Assembly (NCBI GenBank): GCA_052426225.1
Contig: JBNJNM010000009.1
Coordinates: forward strand, 124,001 to 188,000
Source of the DNA: Zancudomyces culisetae HAW-14-8
Taxonomy: Eukaryota > Fungi > Kickxellomycota
DNA: 64,000 nucleotides
Direction: 5' to 3'
Position 1 is the first letter of the stretch. The number at the start of each line of letters is the position of its first letter. The position numbers and the translations under genes are program-made. This document shows positions 39,311-52,043 of the stretch, in pieces. The notes beneath the pieces were generated by a model that searched no databases, was not told the DNA's origin, and saw nothing but the letters and a program-made list of their open reading frames with translations.

Positions 39311-40893
39311 TCATAAATCATCCACCATAGATGAAAAGGAGTTATCTACATGTTTATCACTTGCGAGATAAATATTGTCACAAATCCAGTGCAGCGCGTC
39401 GTGAATATCCTTGGTGTATATACCATTTGTAGTAGTTTTGGGATCCTTGTCCAGCTCTTTTAGTCCAAGAAAAAGTGATTTTTGAAGTTCAACCAACATC
39501 GTGTTTTCATGTACTAGTATTTGCGAAAATCCAGGGCAAGGTTGTTTAAAGTGATTTAAGAAAACCAGAAGCGTAGAGATGTGTGATTCCAGATCAGAAA
39601 GCCGTTTCTCTCTTCTCAGTTTAACAAAGTCTGGGGAATTTGGATTTGCTGAGCTGTCAATAACTGCCTTTGCCTTGTACTGACAACTCATTGCTGTGTA
39701 AACCACTACATATGTACAGTTTAACGTATTTATCGCTTCTTCGTTGACAGGTTCAATACCAAAAGGTTCGGAAATAGGTTGAGGATGGTTAATATTCATA
39801 CGGTTTAAAGAAGGATACATTTCGAAGGATAGTTGGTAAAGAGCACGACCAAGGTAATGCCACACCTGTGTATCGTTTTTTCTTTGCTTTAAGTAACTTA
39901 TATAATTGGTTATCGACTCTATGGTGGTACCGTTTTTTTTTTATCAGTGTTTATACACATTTATTCACCATACTATCGCAACAATTAATAAAGTGGAAAT
40001 CGTAAAATATTAAAAAAAATATTTCCATACCTCGGTTAAGATGGCATTCGCGATAGATGTTTCCTCTAAAATAGTAGTGACCTGGGTCCTTGTTTCCATG
40101 CTACAATGGATTTTCAATTAATTTTAGCGCATTGTGCCAATAAAAGGGATTTAATCAAAAACGATAAAATGGATAATATCAAAAATAATATATATATAAA
40201 AAGAGAAAAAGTATATTTATGTGTTTGTGTGAAGGTACACAAATGTTGGAATAAAAATGTGGTGCTTACCTTTTCATGGATTTGGGTAAATTCTAAAGCC
40301 CCTTTCTTTTTTCCGAGTTTAATACAGCACAACGAAGCCATCTCCAGTATTTCTCTAACCAATGCCTTCTTTGGATCTAAACCCTTTTTTATTTTCATAA
40401 ATTCCAAATATTCCTGGCAAAGCTCTAGCGACCGTTCATAGTTCTGCATAAAATAATACCTCTCAATTGCAAACTTGACTTCAGAAGGTCCGGTTCTACG
40501 CCCTATCCATTCGCGAAAACCGAGGCTCTCTCTATTGTACCACTATTCTAGTCATGTAATTTATGGGGTGAGTTTGGATGGTGATCAACTCATTCATATA
40601 GGAAAAGTAGAATTTCGCAAAACAAAAAACAGTTTTGCATAAATAATAGGAATCCAGTCAAAAATAAATAAATGAATGAATGAATAGATTACGTTGTCTA
40701 CTTCTGATTTGGGTTCGTAGTGAATTTGATCAAGAGAAATGACCTTTTTGGATTTTGGTTCGGCAAAGATACTGTACTTTTCTTTTTCATCTTCTTCATC
40801 CTCTGTTGTATCTAATACACTTTCATTAGTGTTGCTCTTGTTTTTGAGCTGTATTAGACCATGGAATAGGTGGGCATCGTCTTCATTGTCCAT
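39311..40893 (-). CDS. Hypothetical TPR-like protein; exons 40893-40693, 40542-40270, 40100-40031, 39918-39311
   Basis: Three GT-AG introns join three ORF-track fragments and a 70-nt exon. Helical TPR-like segments YYFMQNYERSLELC, DPGHYYFRGNIY and VWHYLGRALY. Confidence 0.7.
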
Positions 40894-41295
40894 TGTTGTG
40901 TTATACTATTTTTGCAAAATTGTACAATACTTAATAAAAAAAGGATGCAGGGATCAATTGGTTCTATTGGTGCAATAATTCTTGCGAAAAGTTTTTCGTT
41001 TTTTTTTGACAAGAAAAGTTTACGTCATTTAAACACGTTTAATAAATAAGAACAAATTTCAGAGCTTTCATTGGAAGTTGAGCCAATAAACCTGAGAAGC
41101 TTTGAATGTTTCTGGATAGAATAAACAAAAAAAAGTAATAATAAAGCAACTCCTCCATTTAGTTCAGATTTTGGCTAAGATACAGAAATCAAAATAGCGG
41201 TAATACACTTTCACAAACTGACAATCTCTACGAACATCTAAGTGAGTAAATTTAATTAGAAAACATTTGATCGGCTTACACAAGGAAAGAAAAAG

Positions 41296-42727
41296 ATGGA
41301 AGTAGATAATCCTGTGCACGAATATTTGAAGCTCCTTCACCAACGCGTTCCAGAAAATCTGAAGCCCTGGTGTGTGGAGTTTATGGAGCTGTATGAGCAA
41401 AAGTAAGGATATTAATGTATACTTTTTTATGATCGGGGTCTGAGAGGTGGGGAGTAAAGATAAAAGGGATTTCATATAACAATACTAAGACATGCTCTAA
41501 TTTAATAGATTATGGCACCAGCTTACAATAAAAACAGAAGAATTTATGCAACTACCAGGAACTGAAGAGTACCGCATTGAAGTGTATAAAAGTTTTATAT
41601 CAGAGTGGGAAAAGTATATGAATAAGATCAAGATGATTTTGTTGGGGTTGGTTGCAGCGCGGCAGTTTAAAGGTAATGACAATGATAAAACTACATTTAT
41701 TCCGTAGTCCCCCCCCCACCACATACACACACATTTATTTATAAGTATTATTGTAGAGGGATTTTTAGTTGGGGTAACAACAAAAGCAAGCTAAACTTAA
41801 CAACTAATCATAAAAATGAAACAAACAATAGGTGTTAAGGATGCACGAGACTTTTTAGCAACTCTGGCGGAAAAAGTGAACAAAGCAGAGAGTCGGGATG
41901 CATATATTTTGGCAAAACTTGAAGAGGCACACTTTAACCTGTTGCTTAATGAAATTGACTTGGCAAAGGAAACAATAGAAAATGCGGACAAAGTTATTAC
42001 AGGACTGGAAAAAATGGAACCAGTAGTCTATGGGAGCTACTATCGAGTGAGTGCAGATTATTACAAAGTAAAGGCTGAGTTTGGACAATACTATAAAAAC
42101 GCCCTGTTGCTGTTGGCGTGTATAAATTTATCAGAGCTTAGTGAAGAGGAGAAACTTGGTAGAACCATTGACCTATCGCTAGCCGCGCTTCTTAGCGATA
42201 CAATATATAACTTTGGAGACTTGTTATCTCATCCCATTATCGAGACTCTGAAAAACTCGGAGTCAGGCTGGCTTTATGAACTTATATTTGCTTTTAACGG
42301 TGGCGACATCGGAAAGCTAGAGGGATTGGTACCTAAATTCAAATCACAACCTCTGCTTCTGGAGAACATTGAATTTTTACGCCACAAGATCAGATTGATG
42401 GCATTAATTGAGTCTGTATTCAGAAGGCAAGGAAGTTCAGATACTAGCGATCGTAATATTCCGTTTGAAACGCTAGCACAGGAAACCCAGCTACCAGTTT
42501 CTGAAATTGAACATCTTGTTATGTCAGCTTTATCACTTGGCTTGATAAGGGGGAAAATTGACGAAGTTGATAGGACAGTATTTTTCCAATGGGTGCAACC
42601 AAGGTATCTAGGAAAGGCTCAGATCGAAGGGATGAGCTCCAGACTTAAACAGTGGGCACAGAGAACGGGTGATATGAAGTCGACTTTGGAAAACTTTATC
42701 ACATTGGAAGGACTGGTTAAGCAATAG
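41296..42727 (+). CDS. RPN9: 26S proteasome lid subunit Rpn9/PSMD13; exons 41296-41402, 41509-41672, 41832-42727
   Basis: LYEQK|LWHQLT after splicing, IYNFGDLLSHPI, KIRLMALIE and PCI end VMSALSLGLIRGKIDEV..WVQPR. Confidence 0.96.
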
Positions 42728-42997
42728 TTATATCCATTTCTTACTCATTGCTGTCTTATTCTATTATTTCAGCCTCACGTGGCATTGTTTAATATTAATT
42801 TTCATCACGAAAAAATACACTTGAATAAATTGATTGATATATCCGAACTGGGGATTTTACTATTTTGGCTTTTGTGGCTTATTGATGTGTGAACTAATTT
42901 GATAATTGTATTAAATATAAAAACGAGAAAAACGGGGAAATTTAAACTATAGGGTGTTTTTGAAAAAAAAAAAGGAATGTGTAAACTAATACTATAC

Positions 42998-43891
42998 TCA
43001 AAGTTCGAAAGCCGGGACAAGTAAAAAACCATCTGATGATAGGATGGTGGGAAGTGATGTGTCTATAGGTAGAGTGGAAGAAGTCGATCCTGAACTAGAA
43101 GTAGAGGGTAAATCGCTAGTTGTCTCAGAGCTGCTTGTGGGTGTGGATTTGGATTTAGAGGTAGGAATAGAAGTAGAAGTAGAAGTAGAAGTAGAAGTAG
43201 AAGTAGAAGTAGAAGTAGAGATAATAGTTGACTGTGTGTTTGATTGTTCACAAACACTAGCTGTCTTTGTCGAAAGTATGGTTGATGTTTTGTATGTGAT
43301 AGAACCTTCTGCGGTATTTGATACTGCAGAGCTAGCCTTTACGGTTATCGTTTTATCTTGGTACACCGTTTGTGTCTGATAAACGTAAGAAGTACCACAA
43401 TTGAACTGGGTGCTCGTGAAAAATATCCAGCTTTCATTGAATACAGTGACAAAACCTGTTTCAAAAATGATGGGTGTTAAGCGACCAAAAAATCTCTTGA
43501 ACATGTTTTGTGATTTATTACTTGGTTGAAATATGCCATCGTCTGAGGTGTGTGCGTTGGATAATTCGTTGGAGTTGGCCTGAAAATCATTCGAAATTCT
43601 AGCTGTTCTCTTGACCTGTGTTGCTTTATATCGTGGTTTATCTTTGGCTATCTTTTTTGTAACCGTCTTCAATACTTGCTGCGTCTGGGCAGGTTTGTTT
43701 TCAATTATTCTACTTGGTTCGGTTTCATTTATGTTCATTGTTTTTGTCAATACAAGTGTTGACGTGGTATAATTTTTCCCATTTTTTACATTCTCAAGAG
43801 AATATACATCATTTGCAACGTTTTTTGCTTCAGTTAGAAGCAAAAGACTCCACAGAACGGATACAAATATGACATTGTACTTTGTAAACAT
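42998..43891 (-). CDS. Secreted Ser/Thr-rich hypothetical protein (297 aa)
   Basis: Signal-peptide-like N-terminus MFTKYNVIFVSVLWSLLLLTEA; Thr/Ser-rich C-terminal half including (ST)8 encoded by (AGAAGT)8 at 43169-43216. Confidence 0.7.
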   Translation of the reverse strand: MFTKYNVIFVSVLWSLLLLTEAKNVANDVYSLENVKNGKNYTTSTLVLTKTMNINETEPSRIIENKPAQTQQVLKTVTKKIAKDKPRYKATQVKRTARISNDFQANSNELSNAHTSDDGIFQPSNKSQNMFKRFFGRLTPIIFETGFVTVFNESWIFFTSTQFNCGTSYVYQTQTVYQDKTITVKASSAVSNTAEGSITYKTSTILSTKTASVCEQSNTQSTIISTSTSTSTSTSTSTSTSIPTSKSKSTPTSSSETTSDLPSTSSSGSTSSTLPIDTSLPTILSSDGFLLVPAFEL

Positions 43892-46800
43892 TATACATTT
43901 AGGTCGTTATTAAGTATCGCTTTTTGTAAAAAGTTTATCTGTTTTTTGGCGGCTCCTTGTACCGTCTCGATATTTTGTATATCGCCCTCGCAAATAAAGT
44001 TGATTGAATGCAAATGCGTGGTTGAATAAAGCTCTCTAGTAGTAAGAGTATCTATGCAAAAGGGTGTTTAACTTGTTTTTATTGATAATATATGTGTGTA
44101 GCACCTTCAAAAAAGTTCAAAAGTATAATGAATTAAATTGAAACTGTTGGGTCTCTTTTTTGGATTTGATGGGGTTTTTTTTTCCATACAAAACAAAAAT
44201 AACACAAACATCTTGAAAACATTCTACGTACCCTATTGTCTACTTATCATAAACACCTCTCTCTCACCCCCATAATTGTTGATTTCATGATGAAATATAG
44301 CAGTACTAAAAAAAGAATTAGTATTGATGCTTATAGGACATAATTCCCGCGAATTAGATAACTTGTACTTTTGAACAAAAGTGCTAAAATTGGAGCCTGT
44401 GGGCATTTTATCTTTGACCTCCCACGCCTTAAGCAGCAATCCTCCAAAAAATCTGTAAAAGGGCTTAACGGATGCACTAGTTTCTTGATAGGTTTTTTTA
44501 TGACTAATAATTGTTAAAAGAAAATGTGGGCCTTGTGCATAGCCAAAGAAATTTGTATATCACTGAATTGGTTCTAATTATGTATTAGCAATTACAAAAC
44601 TCTCAATAATTATATGCTAATAGGGAATTACAATTTTTATATCACACTAATCTATTTATGGATAGTATAAGTAGGAAAATTGGCACATTCCAGTATTTTT
44701 GCTGAGGAAAAAGATGGCTATGGAAATGCAAGTAGTCAGATATCCCTTGTAATGATAATGAAGTAACCCGTTTTAGCTGTTGTGGGAAATGAAGGTAACA
44801 TATTTTTTCTTTTACTAAATACGCTATCCTTTTTTTGCAATGTGGATTTGCTATACGCTATTTGAAAAAAAAGGTAAATATCTTTTATTAAGATGGGTTT
44901 AAAACAGCTGATGTTTATTAAATTAGAAGGGACCAACTAGTAAATATACTAAAATCAAACCATGCAAATGGCCTTTTAATGAAAATATAATTGTATATCC
45001 GCTTTTATATTATGTAGTTCCCGAATTGCTCTCACTTTGTACAGTTCTTCGTTTTCATTTTCATTTTGAATTTAATACCAGCTTTGAAGTATCTTGTGGA
45101 CGAATAAAGACAACAGAACAAGATCAAAATTGATGTGAGAGAGGTGTCGAGGGTGAAATACTGCAGCAGTATTAGGTTTATGTTTGTTGAATCTACAAGG
45201 ATCTTGCATATTAATAGCCGTACTAACTAACTCAAGTTAGATGTGTTATAAAATTTTGCACCTGGAATTCAGTTTTTAATGAAAAAATACATAATACAAC
45301 ACGTTCTGTGTAATTTAAGCAATCCTATTAGATAAGATATAAAGTATAACTAGTGATAATGACAGAAATGGTGATAGAGATAGTGGTAGAGATAGTGGTA
45401 AGTATCGGGTATTACCTTGACTTTTGCTATTAATTGTGTTACATACAACTACAACACACGGGATTTACCAACATAGCATCATCCTTTTCATACTCTTCAT
45501 CAACCTTTCAAATAAAAGTATTTCAAAATGTAAATAAATGTACCAATCAATGTACCAATCAATGGGAACTGTATCAGTTTATAACTTTCAGATTGGGGGG
45601 GGGGGTGTGTGGTAGCCATATGTGACTTCACTGCCAGTAGACCTATTTTTCTACTCGAGCCTTGTAGATACTGCTTCACAAGAGGCTTTTATTCTGCTAC
45701 TATTCTAATTAACCTAAAATTCAAGGAATGGTTTTTTTCATTCGCATTTATATTTGATGTATTGTGTCGAATTTCCGGAAACTTGCTACCAGGAAAATTT
45801 TTGCGGGGTCCATTACATCTGTCCTTGTAACAAATGTTAAGCAATTCATGCTTATGTATCATCATCAACCGCATAAACTAGTAGATGGCTATCCAGTTAC
45901 TCTTCTTTGTGTGTAACATATTTCTTTTTTTTCTTTTAAAAAAAGAATCTTTATTGGATCAAAGTGGAAAATAATATAAAGTTTCAAAGACATCGCCGAT
46001 TCCATCAAAACCAGGTTAACGATAATTTCTTATTGATCCTAGAAAACAAATACCCACAAGTACAACACTCAAGCACTCTTTATAGCCGTATTTTAATAGC
46101 CGGTTTCTCATCTGTAATGTTATGTTATGTTCTTCAACTACATGTGCGAGTTTAACCCAGCTCTTGTTTGTATAGTAAATTGATGTTGATTTTACTTCAA
46201 GGAGTGATGTAATACTCATAATTGGTTTAAACGACACTAAAATCCCCAGTAAAATGATACTTGGTTTATATACTTGCCCCTCTCTCAACCCAAAAAATGA
46301 ATATCAGTAGTAGTTTTTCTTACCTTTTACTCACACTCAATAATCTTTCAAGATTTGCTACTTTTATGTATGCTTGTATGATTTAATGAAAAAAATACGC
46401 TATGTAAAAATCATAAACGATATATGGACACAGAGTTCACCCCGGAATGCTCAGTTTGAAACCTTCTACACATTTTAGTGCATTATGTAACTAAACTGGT
46501 TTATTTTTGTACAGGACCAGTTTGAGCTTAATTTTTATTTACGGATTGTTAACTACACTAGTTATAATGTCGGAAAGGCTCTTAGAAGAAAAATACGGGA
46601 AAATATTGTTCTTTGTGCATAATGTTTCCCAGCAATAGAGTATTACCCATTATCAAATATTTAGGTGTCGGTACATATTTGTATTGAGTCATTGTTATAT
46701 TATCTGGTCTATAGTTTAAGAGAATTTTCTCGCCAATTAACAAATAAAAAGAATGGCAGATGTTAATGTGGTTAATATTAGACCGGAACGTTTATAAAAA

Positions 46801-49800
46801 GGAAAGCTGACAGCTCCGATCCCGCGCACGGTTCGAATATTGGGGCCAATAAGGTTATTGATGCCTAAATTGCAATTTTTTGGATGGTTCTATTTCGCTA
46901 ATAGACCATACAATCGGAGTATTCAAAAAAGGAGAATAAAACAACCAGGTGATAAACATGGTTTGTAATAGCAAGGTATTATTTCTCCAGCTGCCAAATA
47001 CCTGTAGAAAACATTAACAAACCAGAAACCAGCTATTCTGTTGTTACAAAAAAACAACTTTGGTGGCTATTAAATACTCTACTTATGATGCAGATGTATT
47101 TTGTATTAGTGGCTCGTTTGGGTTGTATCCCATTCTATATGGTAGGAAAAAGTATTTATAGTGATAAAAAAAAAAGGAAATGGCAAAGTAGTTTCTTTGA
47201 ACCAAAATCCGGTAAGGATGGACTCCCTAGAGGGGTGGAGCGGGATAAAGTAGATATATATTATTATTTAGGATTATTTTTGTAGTTTTATGAATCTTTA
47301 TATAATAAACTCATCAAAGCAAAAAGAAAATGGCAAAGTGGTACTTTTGAGCTATATTTACTCTAGCTTTGTTTTGACGTACTAGCCCAAGTAAAAAAAG
47401 GTTTAAAAATAAAAATAAAAATAAAAACAAAAATAAAAATAAAAAACGTTGTTTAAACAATGGAAAGAAATTTCATGAATAAAAAAATTTTTTATGAGAA
47501 TTCGATAATTGTAATTTCATCGATAAACTCAAAACACTTACAATTTCACACATGTTTTTTTTGTTTTCATTTTTCTTTCCAGTTGAATAGGCCAAAACAT
47601 ATTTATCATTAAAGGATCAAGATTAATCAAATAATGAGATTGCCGTGTAGAAATATCGGCAAATCGGATTCGAGATAAAGTTCACTTTGAGCTTGGTAAT
47701 CTTCATCGATATTCCAATTAGAGAAATTAAGTGCAATTGTTCAATTTTCATAGAGTATGTTGCGTATGTGATTAATTGATCTATTATTCTAAACGCAAAA
47801 GATTATATCAAAAAGCCACCAAATCAAGAGTTAAATTAAATCTGAAAATGGCAGAGATGGGAATGTTTAGCAGAGTTGTTAATTGAAATAGCAACGTAAG
47901 CATGTTCTCTAGGAATAAGTAGCTTCCACAAGGATGGGCATGCATAAAATACGGCTAGTCTATAGGGCAAAAAATAGACATCAACAAATACTAGAAAGAG
48001 ACAGTCACGTTTTTGATTCCATTTTTGGTTAATGAAATGGTAATCTTTATTATGGCGTCAGTTAATTTTTTTTTTGAAAAAAAGACGTGTAAGGTAATTA
48101 GAACATGTTTTAAATTGGTCTAGAACGCAGAAAAAAAGTAAAATACGATAGTAATCTAGACGTACAAAAAGAAAACGGAGAAAGAGGTGTAAAGTTGGCC
48201 TCATAAATCTAGTTAACCAGAATATGAAACAGTACTGGTTGGCATGTTAAGGACGAACGAGGCCGAGTCTACTCAATATTACCAAAAAGAAAACCTATAG
48301 TTAGATGAATTGTTCCAAAGAAAGGTATGCTTTGAGAAACGCAATGACAAAATAAAATGGTGCTTACCAATATTTGTAGATCATACGATTTTCATCTTCT
48401 TGCACTTGAGGGGAAACACCAGGAAGGATGGTGGGGGTTTTTCGGAGGGAGTAGATGGTGTGTGGTTTGTTTTATGTTATTTTTATTAATGCCGAATAAA
48501 TGGCATATTCGGTGGTGATTTGAATATGGTAACCAATACACCCTCAAAGGTACAGTACCATTATGTTATTTCCGAATTGTACAATTGTAACTTTGGGGGG
48601 GAGAGTGTAGGTGGGAATGTGCACCACACGTTAGTTTTTATAAAATATTGGCAAGTCAAAAAGCTCTAAAGATGCTACAAGCCAAAAAAAGCCAAACTCA
48701 TTCGTGATAAAATAACGTGATAAGAAATCGACAAATGCAAGGGAGGAGACAGCTTTCATGATAATTTATAAACGTTATTGATAGGTAAATCCGAAATGAG
48801 AGAATAATTCTTAGTGTGTGTTTATTATATGGCCAATAATATTAACCGGTAACTCAATGTAATCAAAGTATCTGATAGCATTAAATTCCATCACCAAATC
48901 GTCAGGCATTTTAAAAAACGAAACAAGAAAAAAATGAAAGCAATTTGCTAATAATATGGGCTACAAACGAGCATCTGAAAAAAAAATGTACAAAATGTGA
49001 TTCTCAGATACATTTGACAAAAATCAGTAAAAATGTTAAATAAATCGGAGAATCCATTGGATAAATGTTGTTGCGGGTCATTTGCGGGTTTACATAAATT
49101 CTAGGACAATTTTTTTAATTGCCTAGTTGGTAGTTTCATATACGTAATTCTCGTACTTGCCTACGCAAACTCTTGATAATGCCTTTGATTATGTAAATAG
49201 TCACAAACAAATTTCTTGTTGATATAACCAAACTGGAAAAAATAAAAAAACCCACGGGAAAAAAATACAATGGTAAAAATATATATATAATTTTTTTTGG
49301 TGGATAGGATGCACTTAGAGTTTTCTGGCAATCAAAACAGAATAAAATTGACAATAGAATGTCCATCGATACTATCAAGTTTGATCTAAAATTTGGGAAT
49401 TATTAGCAAAAAAAAAAAAAGATAATGGAGAAAGGTAATAGGATGAAAAAGAGAGGGAGGATTGTGTAGTAACGAAAAAAAGTGGAAGAACTACAAAGTT
49501 TACCAAAGAAAAAGCCACCAATTTTGGATGGTATAAATCGTTGCTCTTTTTTGTAATTTTTTACGTAATTTTTGGGGAGGGGGAGAGGAAGGAGAAATTT
49601 TTTTTTGAATTGCATCTAAGTTTGCCTAGCCACTTTCAAATCTTAAATGATGCCTTGCAAATAAAGAAACATATAAAAGCCTTTGTATGATGGCGTTTAG
49701 AAAACAAAGCAAAGGTACAATACATTTTCTTTGAATGAAAAATATATAAAAAGAGAACTTGTGTATTATGTTATAAGAGCCTAGTAAACTATAAAAGTTG

Positions 49801-49997
49801 AAAACACACTAGTGATACCAAAATAACTTATTGAAAACCAAGTGTGGATTTTTAGTGAAGAGGAGTAGAAAATATATATTTTTGGAAATACTAATATACC
49901 CAAGAAGGCGTAAATAAAAGCATTACAAACGAGGAGAAAACAATACTGAGGGTACATGATTGGTAACTAAATAGAACAAACGCAATCATATAAAAAA

Positions 49998-51341
49998 ATG
50001 CATATAAAGAGCTATAATAGAGGTGGCCTAGTCCACTATAAAGTTACAGACTCGCTAGGCGCCATGTCGAGTGAAAGCGTGCGAAGAAACTCGGAACCTT
50101 TTGGAATGAATACAGGAGGATATACAGACATAGTAAACATGCTTCCATTGAAACTTGCTTTAAGCAGTGCCATGGAGAACAGGAGGCGGAATTCATTCAG
50201 TAGCGTATATAAGCCGACATACGGCTTAGGGGGTGTAGAAACGGGAATGCAAACAGTGACATTTGTAGCTGGTATAAAGTTAAAGCCAATACTGAAGAAA
50301 GGTAGACTCGGTAACCACTATAACCGAAGTAATTTTAATATATCACCAACAAATACTGCGAAAACAGGGATGTCGCCCACGAGAAAAGTTTCGTTTGATA
50401 ACGAGGTTGAAGTTGTCGAGTTTTCGCAGAAGGATTCCGAGGCAGTGAGTGTAAAAAAGCGAATCATGGATGGTCTTGGTTGCCTAGATTTCAACAATGG
50501 TAGTCGTACATTAACCAACTACCGTAGTAGCCGTTGTAGGAAGCCAGTGGTGGAGTATCTAATAAGTAGTGATTCGGACAAAGATGTGCCAGAGACCATT
50601 GCGCTAAGCAGTCACTCTACAAGCAATGAATGTGGTAGTAGCAAAGACGGGCTGAATGGACGTCACAGCGATTGGAATTATGGTAATTTAGGATATCTAT
50701 CAGAAAAAAGTACGACTATACAAAAAACAAAGGGAGCAAAGGCGGATGTATCAGCGACTATTGAGAAAAAGACTATTACTAGTCCTATAGAAAACAGATA
50801 CAGGTCTATCAGCTCAAGCGGTAGCAGGAATATCAAGTGGGGAAAACCGCAACAAGTTCAAAACAGTCTTAGGACTATTCAAGTGATACGAGGGCCACAG
50901 TATGCCCAGAGCGGGTTATCAATGATTGGATTGAACCAGGAGGTGGAATTGCAATCGATAAATTACGATAAGGATATGAATGTATTATACGGAAACATCA
51001 TGGTCAAGAACATATGTTTTGAAAAGTCTGTAGTAATACGCTATACCACCAACAACTGGGAGGAATCGAGTATTAGGGAAGTAAATGCCAAGTACAACAC
51101 TTCGTTAACAAGTAACGGTAGTGATTTATTTTTGTATGTCTTGGATTTGAACGAAATTCAACAAAACAACAGCATTAGTGGGCTAAGAAGCGGAGGTGGT
51201 GTTGGCGGCGGGTATGTAACTAGTACTATTGATCTCGAGTTTTGTATCCGATATAGAGCCGGCCAGTGTGTAGCTAACGAGTTTTGGGATAACAATAACA
51301 ACCAAAACTACTTTGTTCGAGTTTTTACTTTTCCACAATGA
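49998..51341 (+). CDS. Glycogen-targeting PP1 regulatory subunit (Gac1/PPP1R3-like, CBM21)
   Basis: SILK-like KPILKK, RVxF motif RKVSF, CBM21 motifs GNIMVKNICFEKSVVIRYTTNNW and FWDNNNNQNY. Confidence 0.88.
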   Translation: MHIKSYNRGGLVHYKVTDSLGAMSSESVRRNSEPFGMNTGGYTDIVNMLPLKLALSSAMENRRRNSFSSVYKPTYGLGGVETGMQTVTFVAGIKLKPILKKGRLGNHYNRSNFNISPTNTAKTGMSPTRKVSFDNEVEVVEFSQKDSEAVSVKKRIMDGLGCLDFNNGSRTLTNYRSSRCRKPVVEYLISSDSDKDVPETIALSSHSTSNECGSSKDGLNGRHSDWNYGNLGYLSEKSTTIQKTKGAKADVSATIEKKTITSPIENRYRSISSSGSRNIKWGKPQQVQNSLRTIQVIRGPQYAQSGLSMIGLNQEVELQSINYDKDMNVLYGNIMVKNICFEKSVVIRYTTNNWEESSIREVNAKYNTSLTSNGSDLFLYVLDLNEIQQNNSISGLRSGGGVGGGYVTSTIDLEFCIRYRAGQCVANEFWDNNNNQNYFVRVFTFPQ

Positions 51342-52043
51342 TCATATCCTTCATAAGTGCACAATAACTAATGCATGTAGCTGTATGTTTAAACTAATAT
51401 TCTCGCTTTTATTTTAGTTACAAGTAATATTCTTGATGTTTTAACAAGGCAGTCAAACTCTTTTGTAGCTACTAATCAATTATTTGTAATTATAACAAGC
51501 CCTCCATTATTTTACCATGTTATTTTTCTATAGAACATTTTTAGAGTTTTTAATTTTCATCCAAAAGTTTATGGTTAACTGTGATCAATGAATTTGAATA
51601 AATCGATGAGACGTAAATAATGGAATGATTTTTTTTTTAGTTTTAAATAATGGAATGTTTAATGGCCTTAGAAAACTCAAATCCCAGTTACGAGAAAAAG
51701 AAAGGTGACGATTTGGATGACAGAAAGTGAGAAAGGGATTGGAGGAGAAAAATTGGGATGGTTGGGGGAGAGAAGGAATGAGAGGGAATAAATACTGTAA
51801 AGTTAGGAACTGTGTGAGCAACATCAGAATGAACAAAAAAAACCGGGGAACGCCAAGAAACATAATTTAGGTTTACATTTACGAATATAAAAAAATGAAT
51901 AATATAATGTGAATGGATAACAAGCTATAAAAAAAAAGACTAATACACATATAATTTAACAAACTTAAAACATAAAGCACAAACATAGATACAGAAAAAA
52001 GCAAAAAATGACAGCGCGAGAAAACAGACGGAGAATATTCAGA

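Noticed and set aside
46800-46850. GGTTCGAATA B-box-like word suggesting a tRNA or SINE
   Set aside because: No T-stem, acceptor stem or properly spaced A box could be built.
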